DNA of 64,000 bases from Bacteroidota bacterium. GTDB lineage: Bacteria; Bacteroidota; Ignavibacteria; Ignavibacteriales; Ignavibacteriaceae. Position numbers and translations under genes: made by a program. The notes under the pieces are model-generated. The model was not told the DNA's origin and did no database searches. It saw only the letters and a list, made by a program, of their open reading frames with translations. Of the stretch, positions 9,837-19,959 are shown one piece after another. Position 1 is the first letter of the stretch; the number at the start of each line of letters is the position of its first letter. The stretch covers positions 18,746 to 82,745 of the forward strand of contig JAIUOE010000014.1 of the NCBI GenBank assembly GCA_020161395.1, read 5' to 3'.

Positions 9837-11129
9837 TCAGTTTCTTTCAATTTTTCCAAATAAATCGTATTCGGCAGAATCGTAAATTCTCACCTCGACC
9901 ATATCACCGGGTGCGAGAAGATGCTCCTCTTTATCGATGATCACTTCACCATCAACTTCAGGGGCATCCATTGTGCTCCTGCCGATATAGAAATCACCTT
10001 CAGTCGAGTCGATTATTACCCTCTGAAGAGTTCCGGTCAACGCCTCATTCTTTTTTCGTGAAATCCTTTTCTGGATTTCCATAATTCTTTTCTTTCGTCT
10101 CTTTTTTTCTTTTTCAGGAACAGGATCCCCTAAAATAAAACTTGTTGTGTTATCCTCCACGGAAAAAGTAAATACCCCAAGTCTGTCAAACTTAAATTCT
10201 TTTATAAATTTCAAAAGTTCTTCGAAATGCTCTTCTGTCTCTGCAGGATATCCCGCGATCATAGTCGTTCGAATGGTAATACCGGGCACTCTGGCTCTAA
10301 GTTTGTCAAGAAGTTCAACTGTAGCCCTGCGGGTTATCCCCCTCCTCATTGATTTTAGAACGGGATCGCTGATGTGCTGAAGCGGGATGTCGAGATATTT
10401 TACCAGTTTTGGGTTGTTCGCCAGTTCATCAATCAGCTCATCAGGAAAATGTGAAGGATAGGCATACATCAGCCTTATCCACTCTATTCCCTCCACTTCA
10501 CTGAGCTTTTGAAGGAGTTCGGCAATATTTCTCTTCCCATAAAGATCTTTACCATAATCGGTGGTATCCTGCCCGATTATTATCAATTCTTTTACCCCGT
10601 TCTTTGCAAGAAAGCGGGTTTCTGAAATCAAATCTTCCATCGGCTTTGATTTGTGCAAGCCCCTCATTAGAGGAATTGAGCAAAAGGAGCAGGGATGATC
10701 ACACCCCTCGGATATTTTCAAATAGGCGAAGTGGTGCTGCTCAGAGAGATGTCTTTCACCGAGAAGTTCATACTTGAGGTGTCCCCCCATGTCCTCGATA
10801 ATCTCTTCATATTTCTCGGTACCATAGAAATGGTCAACTTCGGGAATCTCGGTTTTAAGATCTTCCATGTAACGCTCGGAAAGACAGCCCGCAACTATTA
10901 CATTCTCTATTACACCTTCGTTTTTCAGTTTCACGGCTTTTAGAATCTCTTCTATCGATTCCTGCTTTGCTGCTTCAATAAATCCGCAGGTGTTTAAAAT
11001 CACGGTATCGGCTTCTTCTGCATTTTCGGTTAATTCATAACCGTTCAGGAGAAGCTGGTTCATCAATCTTTCTGAATCCACAGTGTTTTTTGAACAACCT
11101 AAGGTAATTACACCTACTTTTTTTGCCAT
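9837..11129 (-). CDS. rimO: ribosomal protein S12 methylthiotransferase RimO
   Basis: MAKKVGVITLGCSKNTVDSE N-terminal MTTase domain, radical-SAM CDHPCSFC, and a C-terminal TRAM domain. Confidence 0.9.
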   Translation of the reverse strand: MAKKVGVITLGCSKNTVDSERLMNQLLLNGYELTENAEEADTVILNTCGFIEAAKQESIEEILKAVKLKNEGVIENVIVAGCLSERYMEDLKTEIPEVDHFYGTEKYEEIIEDMGGHLKYELLGERHLSEQHHFAYLKISEGCDHPCSFCSIPLMRGLHKSKPMEDLISETRFLAKNGVKELIIIGQDTTDYGKDLYGKRNIAELLQKLSEVEGIEWIRLMYAYPSHFPDELIDELANNPKLVKYLDIPLQHISDPVLKSMRRGITRRATVELLDKLRARVPGITIRTTMIAGYPAETEEHFEELLKFIKEFKFDRLGVFTFSVEDNTTSFILGDPVPEKEKKRRKKRIMEIQKRISRKKNEALTGTLQRVIIDSTEGDFYIGRSTMDAPEVDGEVIIDKEEHLLAPGDMVEVRIYDSAEYDLFGKIERN

Positions 11130-11133
11130 ATTT

Positions 11134-11952
11134 TTAGAAACTGATAAATTGTTTTACATAAATATAAATTACGGGGGCTGATGCGATTACCGAATCGAAC
11201 CGGTCGAAGAAACCGCCATGTCCGGCAAGTATGTTCGAGGAGTCTTTTGTTCCCGCATCCCTCTTAATGAGTGATTCGACGAGATCGCCGAGAGGTCCAA
11301 CAATTCCCACAATCAGACCGAGTGCCAACGCGTCGTAGACTGACAGGAAGTCAAGGAACAGATATCTGAACAGAAAAAAACTTGCAATCGCCCCGGCGAG
11401 TCCAAAATAAAACCCTTCCCAGCTCTTCTTTGGACTGACTCTTTCCATCAATCTGTGCTTTCCGAATGTCAAGCCGCCAAAATATGCTGAAGTGTCGCTC
11501 AACCAGATCGATACAATATATGAGACTACGAATATCCCCGCCTTACCGGCAGGAAATGACGGAAATTCTCTTATCATGATCAAACTGCTGGCACATACAC
11601 CGATATAAAAGATACCGGTTACGCTTGCTCCAAGATTTACAATCGCCGATCCCTTGTTTTTAAACAATTCACGAAACATTATTACAAGAATTACTACATA
11701 TATCGATTCAATTTCCGAAAGCCAGTAATATTTGACATTGAGAATAAAGAAAAGAAGTGCAGCAATTCCCCAACCTTTGGAGGAAATCGCTTCCTTTTTT
11801 AGAGCCATCTCGCTAAATTCCCAGTATGAGACCACTGCTATAAGAGCAACCAGACCAACAAACCAAAGATCGCCGAAATATGCTGCGGCAAGCACCAAAG
11901 GACCAAGAGAAAAAGCTACTAATGAGCGGGATGCAAGATTCGAAAATTTCAT
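11134..11952 (-). CDS. cdsA: phosphatidate cytidylyltransferase
   Basis: Multi-TM protein with the CdsA signature SPKKSWEG....GHGGFFDRFDS. Confidence 0.85.
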   Translation of the reverse strand: MKFSNLASRSLVAFSLGPLVLAAAYFGDLWFVGLVALIAVVSYWEFSEMALKKEAISSKGWGIAALLFFILNVKYYWLSEIESIYVVILVIMFRELFKNKGSAIVNLGASVTGIFYIGVCASSLIMIREFPSFPAGKAGIFVVSYIVSIWLSDTSAYFGGLTFGKHRLMERVSPKKSWEGFYFGLAGAIASFFLFRYLFLDFLSVYDALALGLIVGIVGPLGDLVESLIKRDAGTKDSSNILAGHGGFFDRFDSVIASAPVIYIYVKQFISF

Positions 11953-11973
11953 CGTATGGAATTTTTCCCTGAT

Positions 11974-12345
11974 TTAATTAAACAAATTTTCATCTTCATT
12001 GTCAGCTTCCGGCGATTCCTTTTTCTGCTCATCGTAAGCCTTAAGAAATTCGAATGCAGATTCGCTGTCTTCCACTTTCACATAGAGCATGATTGAGGAC
12101 ATGTTGCCCAAACCGGGATAACTGCTGTCTTTTTTGTTCACTATCCAGGTTTCGATCCCGGCACTGTCAAGATTAGCCTTTATCATTTCAGCTTCGTAGA
12201 GGTCGTAACAACTGTAAATAAAGATGTATTCATCTGTATAGAAACTGATTGAGCCGTCAGATGGATTATCGACCGTAGCCCCGCACTCGGGACAAACAGG
12301 TACACCACTGTCAAAAATCGATCCGCACTCAGGACACTCGAACAT
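11974..12345 (-). CDS. zinc-ribbon plus DUF2007-like (putative signal-transducing) small protein
   Basis: N-terminal CPECG...CPECG zinc ribbon. DUF2007-like segment YSCYDLYEAEMIKANLDSAGIETWIV. Acidic tail. Confidence 0.55.
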   Translation of the reverse strand: MFECPECGSIFDSGVPVCPECGATVDNPSDGSISFYTDEYIFIYSCYDLYEAEMIKANLDSAGIETWIVNKKDSSYPGLGNMSSIMLYVKVEDSESAFEFLKAYDEQKKESPEADNEDENLFN

Positions 12346-12432
12346 ACTACATCCTTATTATTGAAAAAACAGTTAAATCAGAACTGATTATAACACTTTT
12401 CAGTGAAATTATTCACTCTGATGCTTATAAAC

Positions 12433-13239
12433 TTACCTCTTCGAGGTAAGCTTTCCGGCAAGACCCTCATACTTTGTCAGTTCTGCATCAATTGAACCGA
12501 TCACGACTTTTGTTTTCACCTTTACCGGCATCTTCACTTCATCATCTGTCAGCCAGACATAGATGCTGCCTTCATTTTTAAACAAACCGCCTTTTTTAAC
12601 GAGAGGTTCGAGTATGATGCAATCAAATGTACCGGCAGCAACTTTCACTCTTTCCTTACCTCGGTAGACTACATCAAGCTGATTTACTTTGCCTTCATAA
12701 AAGTTTTTTAGCTTCACAATGTCACCTTTTTTCGATTTTGAGAAATCGATGGTACGGCAATAATAAAAAGCTGAAATTATGTCGTGTGTGTACTTCGGGA
12801 AAGAGTAATCTCCATCAGAAGTTTTTGCCTTTCCGGCTCTGTGATCGAAGAAAGCTGAATAGTCTTTTGTAAAGCTCCCCTCTTTTATGTGCTGTTCAAA
12901 TCTCCAGGGGAAAAGCCCTTCCACATCAAGATACGATTCGTATCTGTCGCGAACTTTGAACACCGCATCAAAAGATGGCACGGAGTTAACTTCAAACAAT
13001 ACATTGTAGGTGTCTCTTCCGGCAACTTTCTTAATTTTTGGTATTTGCATTGTGGCAATACCGGCAGTTACGAAACCGTAGTTTACATTAAAAGTGAGTT
13101 TTTCGCCGGCTTTAAAAGCCTTGTTTGTTACTTTGGGAAAATTGTCATAAACATCATTTCCGGAATAAAAGCCACCGAGCATTAGGATCGCACCCGCAAG
13201 CACGATACCGGTAAGAAATCTTTTCATCTTGAGTTCCAT
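12433..13239 (-). CDS. DUF3108-like secreted protein
   Basis: Signal/TM N-terminus. GEKLTFNVNYGFVTAGIATMQI and later beta-rich blocks resemble DUF3108. This comes from pattern recall only. Confidence 0.5.
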   Translation of the reverse strand: MELKMKRFLTGIVLAGAILMLGGFYSGNDVYDNFPKVTNKAFKAGEKLTFNVNYGFVTAGIATMQIPKIKKVAGRDTYNVLFEVNSVPSFDAVFKVRDRYESYLDVEGLFPWRFEQHIKEGSFTKDYSAFFDHRAGKAKTSDGDYSFPKYTHDIISAFYYCRTIDFSKSKKGDIVKLKNFYEGKVNQLDVVYRGKERVKVAAGTFDCIILEPLVKKGGLFKNEGSIYVWLTDDEVKMPVKVKTKVVIGSIDAELTKYEGLAGKLTSKR

Positions 13240-14258
13240 TATTTAATTTCTTGAATGTTATTCATTATGTCAGCTGTTATTTTTTCGCTGTTTATACTCT
13301 TCATACACTCCAAACGGGCACATTGTTTCAAATCACACCCGCTACACCCCATTTCAGGCTCATATATCAGTTTTCTATCGGTGTAAGGTCCCCATCTTTT
13401 TGCCGAACATTGAATCACTTTTGGATAAAATCCGACAATAAAACAACCGGATGCGGCTGCAATATGTAAAGGTCCTGTGGAATTTGAAATGAATAAATCA
13501 CCCTCTTTAATGAAAGCAGTCAGCTCTGAAAGTGACAATTCCCCTGCCAGAAGTGTTGCATCGCTTTCCCCCTTCACTTTCATACATTTTTCAATTTCAT
13601 CCTTTGAGCCGGTTAAAAAGACCTGAAATCTGCCGTCTTCACACAGTTTTTCCGTAATATATTGAAAATGTGACTCCGGGAGATCAGCGGCACTTCCACC
13701 ACTCCCGGGATGAATAATGGTTATTATTTTCGAGTTGTCGGTACGGCTGTTTTTGTTCCCCTTTATTCCGGCAAAAAAATCTGCTGGAAAGCTGTATCTG
13801 CCCTGCCAGCCAATCATAGAAAGATTGTATTCCAGTTCGTGTTTTTCGGCAGTTTTTCTGTGCTCAAATATCTTTTGCGAAAAAAGAAAGGAATACCAGC
13901 GATAACCTGTACCAATCCGCTTTTTTATACCGGAGAGGAAACAGATCAGTGAGACCCTGAAATTCGGTGAGATTACATATACTTCGCTAAAACTGTGTTT
14001 ACGGAGCTCCTCTGCACATTGAATGATTCCTTTGTTTTTGCAATCATCCCAACTTAGGAATCCGTCCACAAATGGCGAAGCATCCACAAGAACCTGTGTA
14101 TAATCTCTCCCCATGAACCATACCTCCGCCCCTCTTTCCTTTTTCAGCACTTCAGCGACCGGGAGTGTAAGAACCACATCACCAATCCTGTCAGTCCTGA
14201 TTATGAGGATTTTATCCTTCACCGTCATTCCGGGAAATCTTGTTCCTGAGGAGTGCAA
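13239..14258 (-). CDS. glycosyltransferase family 9 (heptosyltransferase-like)
   Basis: ILIIRTDRIGDVVLTLP N-terminal GT9 motif and C-terminal SNSTGPLHIAAA. An alternative start is M11 at 14228. The gene overlaps the upstream TPR gene. Confidence 0.75.
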   Translation of the reverse strand: MHSSGTRFPGMTVKDKILIIRTDRIGDVVLTLPVAEVLKKERGAEVWFMGRDYTQVLVDASPFVDGFLSWDDCKNKGIIQCAEELRKHSFSEVYVISPNFRVSLICFLSGIKKRIGTGYRWYSFLFSQKIFEHRKTAEKHELEYNLSMIGWQGRYSFPADFFAGIKGNKNSRTDNSKIITIIHPGSGGSAADLPESHFQYITEKLCEDGRFQVFLTGSKDEIEKCMKVKGESDATLLAGELSLSELTAFIKEGDLFISNSTGPLHIAAASGCFIVGFYPKVIQCSAKRWGPYTDRKLIYEPEMGCSGCDLKQCARLECMKSINSEKITADIMNNIQEIK

Positions 14259-15006
14259 TTATTTTTTCATAACTCTCTCTTTTATCAGGTTCTTTATCGA
14301 TTAAGCGTGTAAAAATCTCAATCGCTTTCTCACTGTTCCCCTGTCTGGCATAAATAATAGCCATACCTGCCGTGATTATCTCTTCGGGGGTATTGTCGTA
14401 TGTATATTCAATTTTTTGAAGGGGTGCTTCAACTTCATCGGAAAGTGTTTCTTCAACGAAATTTTCCGGTTGATGGTAATCTATAGCGATGGTATCTTCA
14501 TCATCAGGAAAAAGGTCTTCCGATGCAGGTTTTTCCACCGGTTCATCGTCTGACAACCCGAGAGATTCCTCATCATCTCCTTCTTCAAATGTCTCATCAT
14601 CGACAGACCGGATTTCTTCCTCGGGTTCTTCAGAGATTGAATAATGAGAAAGTTTCGCTTCTTCGTCCTTCTGAGATTTTTCCAGCTCCCTCTCCGTTTC
14701 ACCGATCAGTTCCCGGTAGTATGCAGTGAGCTCACTGCTCGAGAAAAATTTCACTGCGGAATTAAGCGTTATTTCCGCCTGTTTAGGCTTTTTGATCTCC
14801 AAAAAGAGCTTTATCAGGAAATAGTATGCGGCAGGATTCCCGGGGAAATTAGCCAGTCCTTCCTTCACCTCAAGTATCGCTTCTTCCGGTTTTCCATCTG
14901 CCAGTAATACGGATGCGCGGCGAAGAAAGAGTTCGTGCAATCCCGATTCAATGGCGAGATTTTCAATCTCTCTTGTGTACAACTCACCAGTCGATTCTTT
15001 TCTCAT
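14212..15006 (-). CDS. TPR-like protein with long acidic central region
   Basis: TPR-like helices at both ends (ADGKPEEAILEVKEGLANFPGNPAAYYFL; ARQGNSEKAIEIFTRLIDKEPD). The central part is D/E-rich and low-complexity. Confidence 0.45.
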   Translation of the reverse strand: MRKESTGELYTREIENLAIESGLHELFLRRASVLLADGKPEEAILEVKEGLANFPGNPAAYYFLIKLFLEIKKPKQAEITLNSAVKFFSSSELTAYYRELIGETERELEKSQKDEEAKLSHYSISEEPEEEIRSVDDETFEEGDDEESLGLSDDEPVEKPASEDLFPDDEDTIAIDYHQPENFVEETLSDEVEAPLQKIEYTYDNTPEEIITAGMAIIYARQGNSEKAIEIFTRLIDKEPDKRESYEKIIALLRNKISRNDGEG

Positions 15007-15013
15007 GCCAGGT

Positions 15014-15535
15014 TTACCACCCCGAAACCGTTTCGAGCAAAATATCCTCGGTTAGTTTCTCGATAGCTGCATCGATTGCCTGGTTTCTGCCCGATTGTCC
15101 CGTAGCTGCTGCATAATCAGCATAGTTCGAGAATTGTCTCTCGTAAATCGTTTTTTTAAGCTTCAGGTCCTTGTAAGCGACCTGAATAGTCAGATTTAAT
15201 CTTCGTGATTGTACCTGCTCACCGGTTGTGATGGCAGCAGGCGTATCTGAAATTCCCAGAACTGCACACTCAAGCACAGCATCCGCTTTGGTTTTGTCTG
15301 TAATTACAAAACTGTTGTCGTCAATAAATTTTTGCGTAAGTCTGGTTGTGAAGCTCTGTACAAGTTGAGGCTCTCCCGACCCGCTTTGATCCTGTGCATA
15401 CGGAATGGCGAGCGACTTTAGATGAGGCGGAATTGAGGCACCTGTAAATGAGTAGGGGCAACTGCAACCTGCGATGCTCATTGCAATTAACGATGCCATG
15501 ATGAATATGAGCCTGAACAGTTTCAGCTTAGTCAT
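15014..15535 (-). CDS. LptE-like lipoprotein
   Basis: Lipoprotein signal ...SIAGCSCPYSFTG followed by IPPHLKSLAIP, as in FCB-group LptE-family proteins. It lies immediately downstream of a sigma-54 activator, a synteny I recall from Bacteroidota. I chose the start at M7. Confidence 0.5.
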   Translation of the reverse strand: MTKLKLFRLIFIMASLIAMSIAGCSCPYSFTGASIPPHLKSLAIPYAQDQSGSGEPQLVQSFTTRLTQKFIDDNSFVITDKTKADAVLECAVLGISDTPAAITTGEQVQSRRLNLTIQVAYKDLKLKKTIYERQFSNYADYAAATGQSGRNQAIDAAIEKLTEDILLETVSGW

Positions 15536-16661
15536 TGTCACCCTCCAGTCCAAATCGTTCCAGTTTCCGATACAGAGTCCTTTCAGAGATATTCAGATAC
15601 ATCGCAGCCATCCTTTTGTTTCCCCCGGCTTTGTGGAGAGCCTTAATGATCAATTCTTTCTCCATTTTATCGACATTCAGGTCATCAGTTTCATCAGTAG
15701 TGTTTCCTGCAAGTTGAACTTCTGAACCAAATTTACTTCTTACAGCCAGGTTTGAAACCATGTCTTTCAATTCCAGAATATCTTTTTTCAATTCAAAGAG
15801 TGCCCTGTAAATAAAATCTCTTTCAACCTCATCAGTCGATTTATTCAATCTGACCGGAAGGTTTTTGGCAGGCTCCCTTCCCTCTACCCTGAGGAGGTTC
15901 CTGAAAGAATCAGCAGTCAGAATATCCTTTTTTGTAAGAGCAATCGCGGTCTCAACACCGTTCTTTAATTCTCTCACATTACCGGGCCAGGGATATTCAT
16001 AGAGCATATCAAGGGCATCGGAAGAAAATTCGATCTGTGGCCGGTTGTTGCTCTCACAATAGAGACGGGCAAAATTATGAGCAAGCTCATCAATATCCTG
16101 TTTCCTTTTCCTGAGTGGCGGTATTTCAAGCGTAACCGCTTTCAGGCGGAAGAAGAGATCCTCCCTGAACCGTTTCTCATCCACAAGCTCCTGAAGATTT
16201 CTGTTGGTGGCAGCAATTATCCTCACATCCACTTTTGTCGTCTTTTCGGCACCGATTCTCATAAATTCCTTGGTTTCGAGCACCCGTAAAAATTTTACCT
16301 GAGTCGGAAATGGCATTTCACCAATTTCGTCGAGAAAAAGAGTTCCATTGTCAGCAAGCTCAAAATATCCTTTTCTGCTCTCCACGGCTCCTGTAAATGA
16401 ACCTCTGTTATGACCAAACATTTCACTCTCGAGGAGGCTTTCGGGTATTGCTCCGCAGTTGAGCGACAGCATCTCCCTGGCTGATCTCCTGCTCAACTGG
16501 TGGATCGCCCTGGCAAAGACTTCTTTACCAACACCACTTTCACCATAAATCAATACGGTGATATCACTGGGTGCCACTTGTAAAATAATGTCAACCAGAT
16601 CCCTGATCTCTTTAGATCTGCCAATTATACCAAGTTTTTTCTGAATTTCATCCATCATCAA
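15528..16661 (-). CDS. sigma-54-dependent transcriptional activator with AAA+ and Fis-type HTH only (no receiver or sensor domain)
   Basis: Walker A GESGVGKE, GAFTGA-type loop RGSFTGA, Walker B LFLDEIGE, ESEMFGH, C-terminal HTH AAMYLNISERTLYRKL. The AAA+ domain starts about 10 aa from the N-terminus. Confidence 0.9.
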   Translation of the reverse strand: MMMDEIQKKLGIIGRSKEIRDLVDIILQVAPSDITVLIYGESGVGKEVFARAIHQLSRRSAREMLSLNCGAIPESLLESEMFGHNRGSFTGAVESRKGYFELADNGTLFLDEIGEMPFPTQVKFLRVLETKEFMRIGAEKTTKVDVRIIAATNRNLQELVDEKRFREDLFFRLKAVTLEIPPLRKRKQDIDELAHNFARLYCESNNRPQIEFSSDALDMLYEYPWPGNVRELKNGVETAIALTKKDILTADSFRNLLRVEGREPAKNLPVRLNKSTDEVERDFIYRALFELKKDILELKDMVSNLAVRSKFGSEVQLAGNTTDETDDLNVDKMEKELIIKALHKAGGNKRMAAMYLNISERTLYRKLERFGLEGDND

Positions 16662-17437
16662 ACCGAAATTATCAATCCGTCATGAGCAATTGTAATTTTA
16701 TTTAAACCATCCGGATGGATCGCTGTTATTTTTGAAATCAAAGGCGATGGATCGTCTGTATCAATGTGTGTCAAAATCACTTTTTTTAGTTCGTTATTCT
16801 TTATTAATTCGATTACTGTCTCCATATCGACATGAGTGGTTTCTGTAATCAGAATGGAATTGATGTCCGGCTCAAACAACTCGAGATCCGTGGATGAACC
16901 TACATCCCCTGTGTAAAAAATCTCACCATTTGCGGCAGAGATTAAGAGACTGTAACTTTTAAGTTCCGAATCTTTTAGCCCGTGTTCCCTGTATTTCTCA
17001 AGATGCGAATTCTCAAGTGCCGTAACAGTAAACTTTCCTCTGAAATCAACTTTTTTACCCGTCTCAATTTTCTGGAAATTAAGAGCGAACGAGAGTCTGT
17101 CTTCAAATAAAAAACTTTTTGCCAGCATCTCTTTTAAAAAGTTAATATTGCTCTTCGATACAAAAATGTCTACAGGAAGCTGCTTCTTACCGAGTTTCAT
17201 CTGCTGAAGCAACGATAGTATCCCCGAGAAATGGTCGGGATGGAAATGAGTGATTAGTATCCCGTCTATCTCATTAAACCCGATACCAAGCCGTAACAAT
17301 GCCCTGCTGATGCCATCCCCGGCATCCACGAGGAGATTGTAGGAATCTGACCGGATAAGAAATGAAGAGTGGAAGCGATTTAGTGATGATTTGCCTGACC
17401 CCGATCCTGTGAAAACTAATTTTATGGTATCAGACAT
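16658..17437 (-). CDS. MBL-fold metallo-hydrolase
   Basis: The ITHFHPDHFSG (HxHxDH) motif and downstream H/D ligand positions. It overlaps the activator gene start by 4 nt. Confidence 0.8.
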   Translation of the reverse strand: MSDTIKLVFTGSGSGKSSLNRFHSSFLIRSDSYNLLVDAGDGISRALLRLGIGFNEIDGILITHFHPDHFSGILSLLQQMKLGKKQLPVDIFVSKSNINFLKEMLAKSFLFEDRLSFALNFQKIETGKKVDFRGKFTVTALENSHLEKYREHGLKDSELKSYSLLISAANGEIFYTGDVGSSTDLELFEPDINSILITETTHVDMETVIELIKNNELKKVILTHIDTDDPSPLISKITAIHPDGLNKITIAHDGLIISV

Positions 17438-17474
17438 ATTGTTTCTGTCAGGTTTGTGAACAAAACTGGTTTAT

Positions 17475-17894
17475 CTATTCCCCGGTCTCATCGGGGCTGC
17501 TGTCATCCAAAAAGTAATCAAAATCGGAACCCGGAAACTCATTTTCGACGGCAAAGACACAATTATTTGCTTTTCGGAAATTTTCTGTGGCTATGTAATA
17601 AAGGTATAACCCCGCATAGGCAGCAACTGCAAATTCCGATCTTGGATATCTTGCTAAAAGTGTTTCGAGAAGTGTGATCGATTTTTCTCCGTCACCAGCA
17701 AGAAGAGCCTTTATGTAAAGATCCACAGGGGTTTCGGGCTTTCCTGCCAAAGCGGTGGAAATCTTCTTCAACTCTTCAAAATTCTCCTTTTTGTAGAGGT
17801 CGAACACTTCCTTCGGGGTTACATTCTGACCAAAAAGGTTTGAAGCAACTGTCATAACAAAAAAGAGAAAAAGAATCTTTTTTTTCATACTCAC
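17475..17894 (-). CDS. small secreted TPR-like protein
   Basis: Signal peptide MKKKILFLFFVMTVASNLFGQ followed by helical repeat-like sequence. It abuts the miaB stop. Confidence 0.4.
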   Translation of the reverse strand: MSMKKKILFLFFVMTVASNLFGQNVTPKEVFDLYKKENFEELKKISTALAGKPETPVDLYIKALLAGDGEKSITLLETLLARYPRSEFAVAAYAGLYLYYIATENFRKANNCVFAVENEFPGSDFDYFLDDSSPDETGE

Positions 17895-19237
17895 TAAACT
17901 GCCGATGCCTGATATTTTTCAAATACCGTTACCACTTCTCCAAAAAGGGTGGCAGATGTGACTCTGTCGATTTTTATATCAACATAATCACCAGTCGAGA
18001 TATTTTCATCAACAGGGAAAATCGCAACTTTATTGGTGTCGGTTCTTCCCGCAAAAAACTTGTCGCTCTTTTTTGAGAAACCTTCCACCAGCACTCTTTC
18101 AGACTTCCCAATCATCAGATTGTTGAGTTCAAGAGAGTGTCTCTGCTGCAGTTCTATTATCTGTTGCAATCTTCTTGTTTTCACTTCCTCAGGCACATCA
18201 TCACCCATCCTGTATGCCTTGGTACCCTCTCTTGGAGAATACTTGAACATGTAGGCTCCGTCATACTTTACTTTGTCCATCAGCTCAAGTGTCATCAGGT
18301 GATCCTCGAGTGTTTCAGTCGGAAAACCGGTAATTATATCGGTCGAAAAACTTACCCCGGGAATGATTTTTCGGGCTTTTTCTATCAAATTTAAGTAGTG
18401 CTCCACAGTGTATGTCCGGTTCATTAATTCAAGTATTCTGTTCGAACCGGACTGAACAGGAAGATGAATATAGTTGCACAGATTGTCATACCCGGCAATG
18501 GTCTCAAGCAGTTTATCGGAAAGATCCTGCGGATGCGATGTCGTAAACCTTACCCTCATCCCCGAATCAACGCCGGCAACAGCCGCCAGAAGATCGGCAA
18601 AATCGCTGCCGTTATCATCATATGAATTTACATTCTGCCCGAGAAGCGACACTTCCCTGAATCCCTTCATCGAAAGTTGTTCCACTTCCTTCACAATCGA
18701 CTCAAGACTCCTGCTTCTTTCCCTTCCGCGGGTGTAAGGAACTACACAGAAGGTACAAAATTTGTCGCATCCCCGCATTACTGATATCCAAGCCTGCAAA
18801 CCCTCTTCCCTGTAGGGCATAATGTCGTCATAAGTTTCGGTGCGCGAAAGTTTTACTCCAATTCCTTTTCCGCCACTGTAAACAACATCGAGAAATTCGG
18901 GCAGTCTTCTGTATTCATCGGGACCAACCACCATATCGACAAGTTTTTTCTCCTCGATAAGATTCTTCCTGAGTCTCTCTGCCATGCATCCGAGAATTCC
19001 GACAACCATGTCGGGTTTTTTATCTTTCAATGTCTTCAGGTTGCCCAGACGCCCGTAAATTCTTTGTTCCGCATTTTCGCGAATGCTGCATGTGTTCAAA
19101 AAAACCACATCTGCTGATAGTACATCATCTGCAAGGTCGTAGCCATTGTTGTTCAGAATGCCCATCACCAGTTCTGTGTCGGCGGTGTTCATCTGACATC
19201 CGTATGTCTCAATATATACTTGTTTTTTCTTCATCAA
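17894..19237 (-). CDS. miaB: tRNA-2-methylthio-N6-dimethylallyladenosine synthase MiaB
   Basis: VYIETYGCQMNTADTE MTTase N-domain, radical-SAM CDKFCTFC, C-terminal TRAM domain. Confidence 0.9.
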   Translation of the reverse strand: MMKKKQVYIETYGCQMNTADTELVMGILNNNGYDLADDVLSADVVFLNTCSIRENAEQRIYGRLGNLKTLKDKKPDMVVGILGCMAERLRKNLIEEKKLVDMVVGPDEYRRLPEFLDVVYSGGKGIGVKLSRTETYDDIMPYREEGLQAWISVMRGCDKFCTFCVVPYTRGRERSRSLESIVKEVEQLSMKGFREVSLLGQNVNSYDDNGSDFADLLAAVAGVDSGMRVRFTTSHPQDLSDKLLETIAGYDNLCNYIHLPVQSGSNRILELMNRTYTVEHYLNLIEKARKIIPGVSFSTDIITGFPTETLEDHLMTLELMDKVKYDGAYMFKYSPREGTKAYRMGDDVPEEVKTRRLQQIIELQQRHSLELNNLMIGKSERVLVEGFSKKSDKFFAGRTDTNKVAIFPVDENISTGDYVDIKIDRVTSATLFGEVVTVFEKYQASAV

Positions 19238-19429
19238 ATCTTTTTATGGTCTAACTTATGATTCCGGCATGACTCCGGAAAATGAATTATTTAAACAATA
19301 AATATAATCAAAATTTATCTTACCATTTACCGGTTATAAGTGCCCCCTGTACTCATTGTTTCTAAGGAACATTTAATAAATTGCACGGTTAAATACACAG
19401 TTTTATCCAACAATTATATGGATTCTGCC

Positions 19430-19879
19430 ATGAAAACCAATGTATTTATTGCTTTCTTTTTTATTCTCTTTTCCGTAGCCCTGTTCTCACAGGATGTGGC
19501 TAAAAATAGTGTAAAACTTGACGGAGTGTCGGTGGGAATGACCATGGACGAGGTCTATAAGGCAATTAAAGCACCATTTACACCGGGTGCAAACGACAAA
19601 ATCTGGATATTCTTTGACAACAACCTGACAGTCGAGTTTGATGACAAAGACCTTGTCTCGGATGTTACTACCGAAAATCCGGGTTCCGTTCTGGAATTTA
19701 ACGGGAAAACGATTGAAAATGGATCGGATGTCAAAAAAGCACTTGAAATTCTGGGGAAGCCCGATCACATAAATAAAACAGAAATGGTTACTGAATACAC
19801 TTACCAGAACCTCGGAATTCTCCTTCTCACTTATGCCGATGACGATACATTAGTGCTTATCAGCATATTCAAACTTTAA
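19430..19879 (+). CDS. hypothetical secreted protein
   Basis: ORF with signal peptide MKTNVFIAFFFILFSVALFSQ. The track ORF begins upstream at a GTG (19340). No family recognised. Confidence 0.45.
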   Translation: MKTNVFIAFFFILFSVALFSQDVAKNSVKLDGVSVGMTMDEVYKAIKAPFTPGANDKIWIFFDNNLTVEFDDKDLVSDVTTENPGSVLEFNGKTIENGSDVKKALEILGKPDHINKTEMVTEYTYQNLGILLLTYADDDTLVLISIFKL

Positions 19880-19925
19880 TAATGCCGCAGCAGTTTTTCA
19901 GGCTAAAAAGAGATTAAAATAAAAA

Positions 19926-19950
19926 GAGGTTGCCCCCAACCGGCAACCTC
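19926..19950. terminator. bidirectional rho-independent terminator between convergent genes
   Basis: Perfect 9-bp stem GAGGTTGCC / GGCAACCTC with a 7-nt loop. It is flanked by an A-run on the 5' side (a T-run for the minus-strand permease gene) and by AAATATTTT on the 3' side. Confidence 0.7.
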
Positions 19951-19959
19951 AAATATTTT

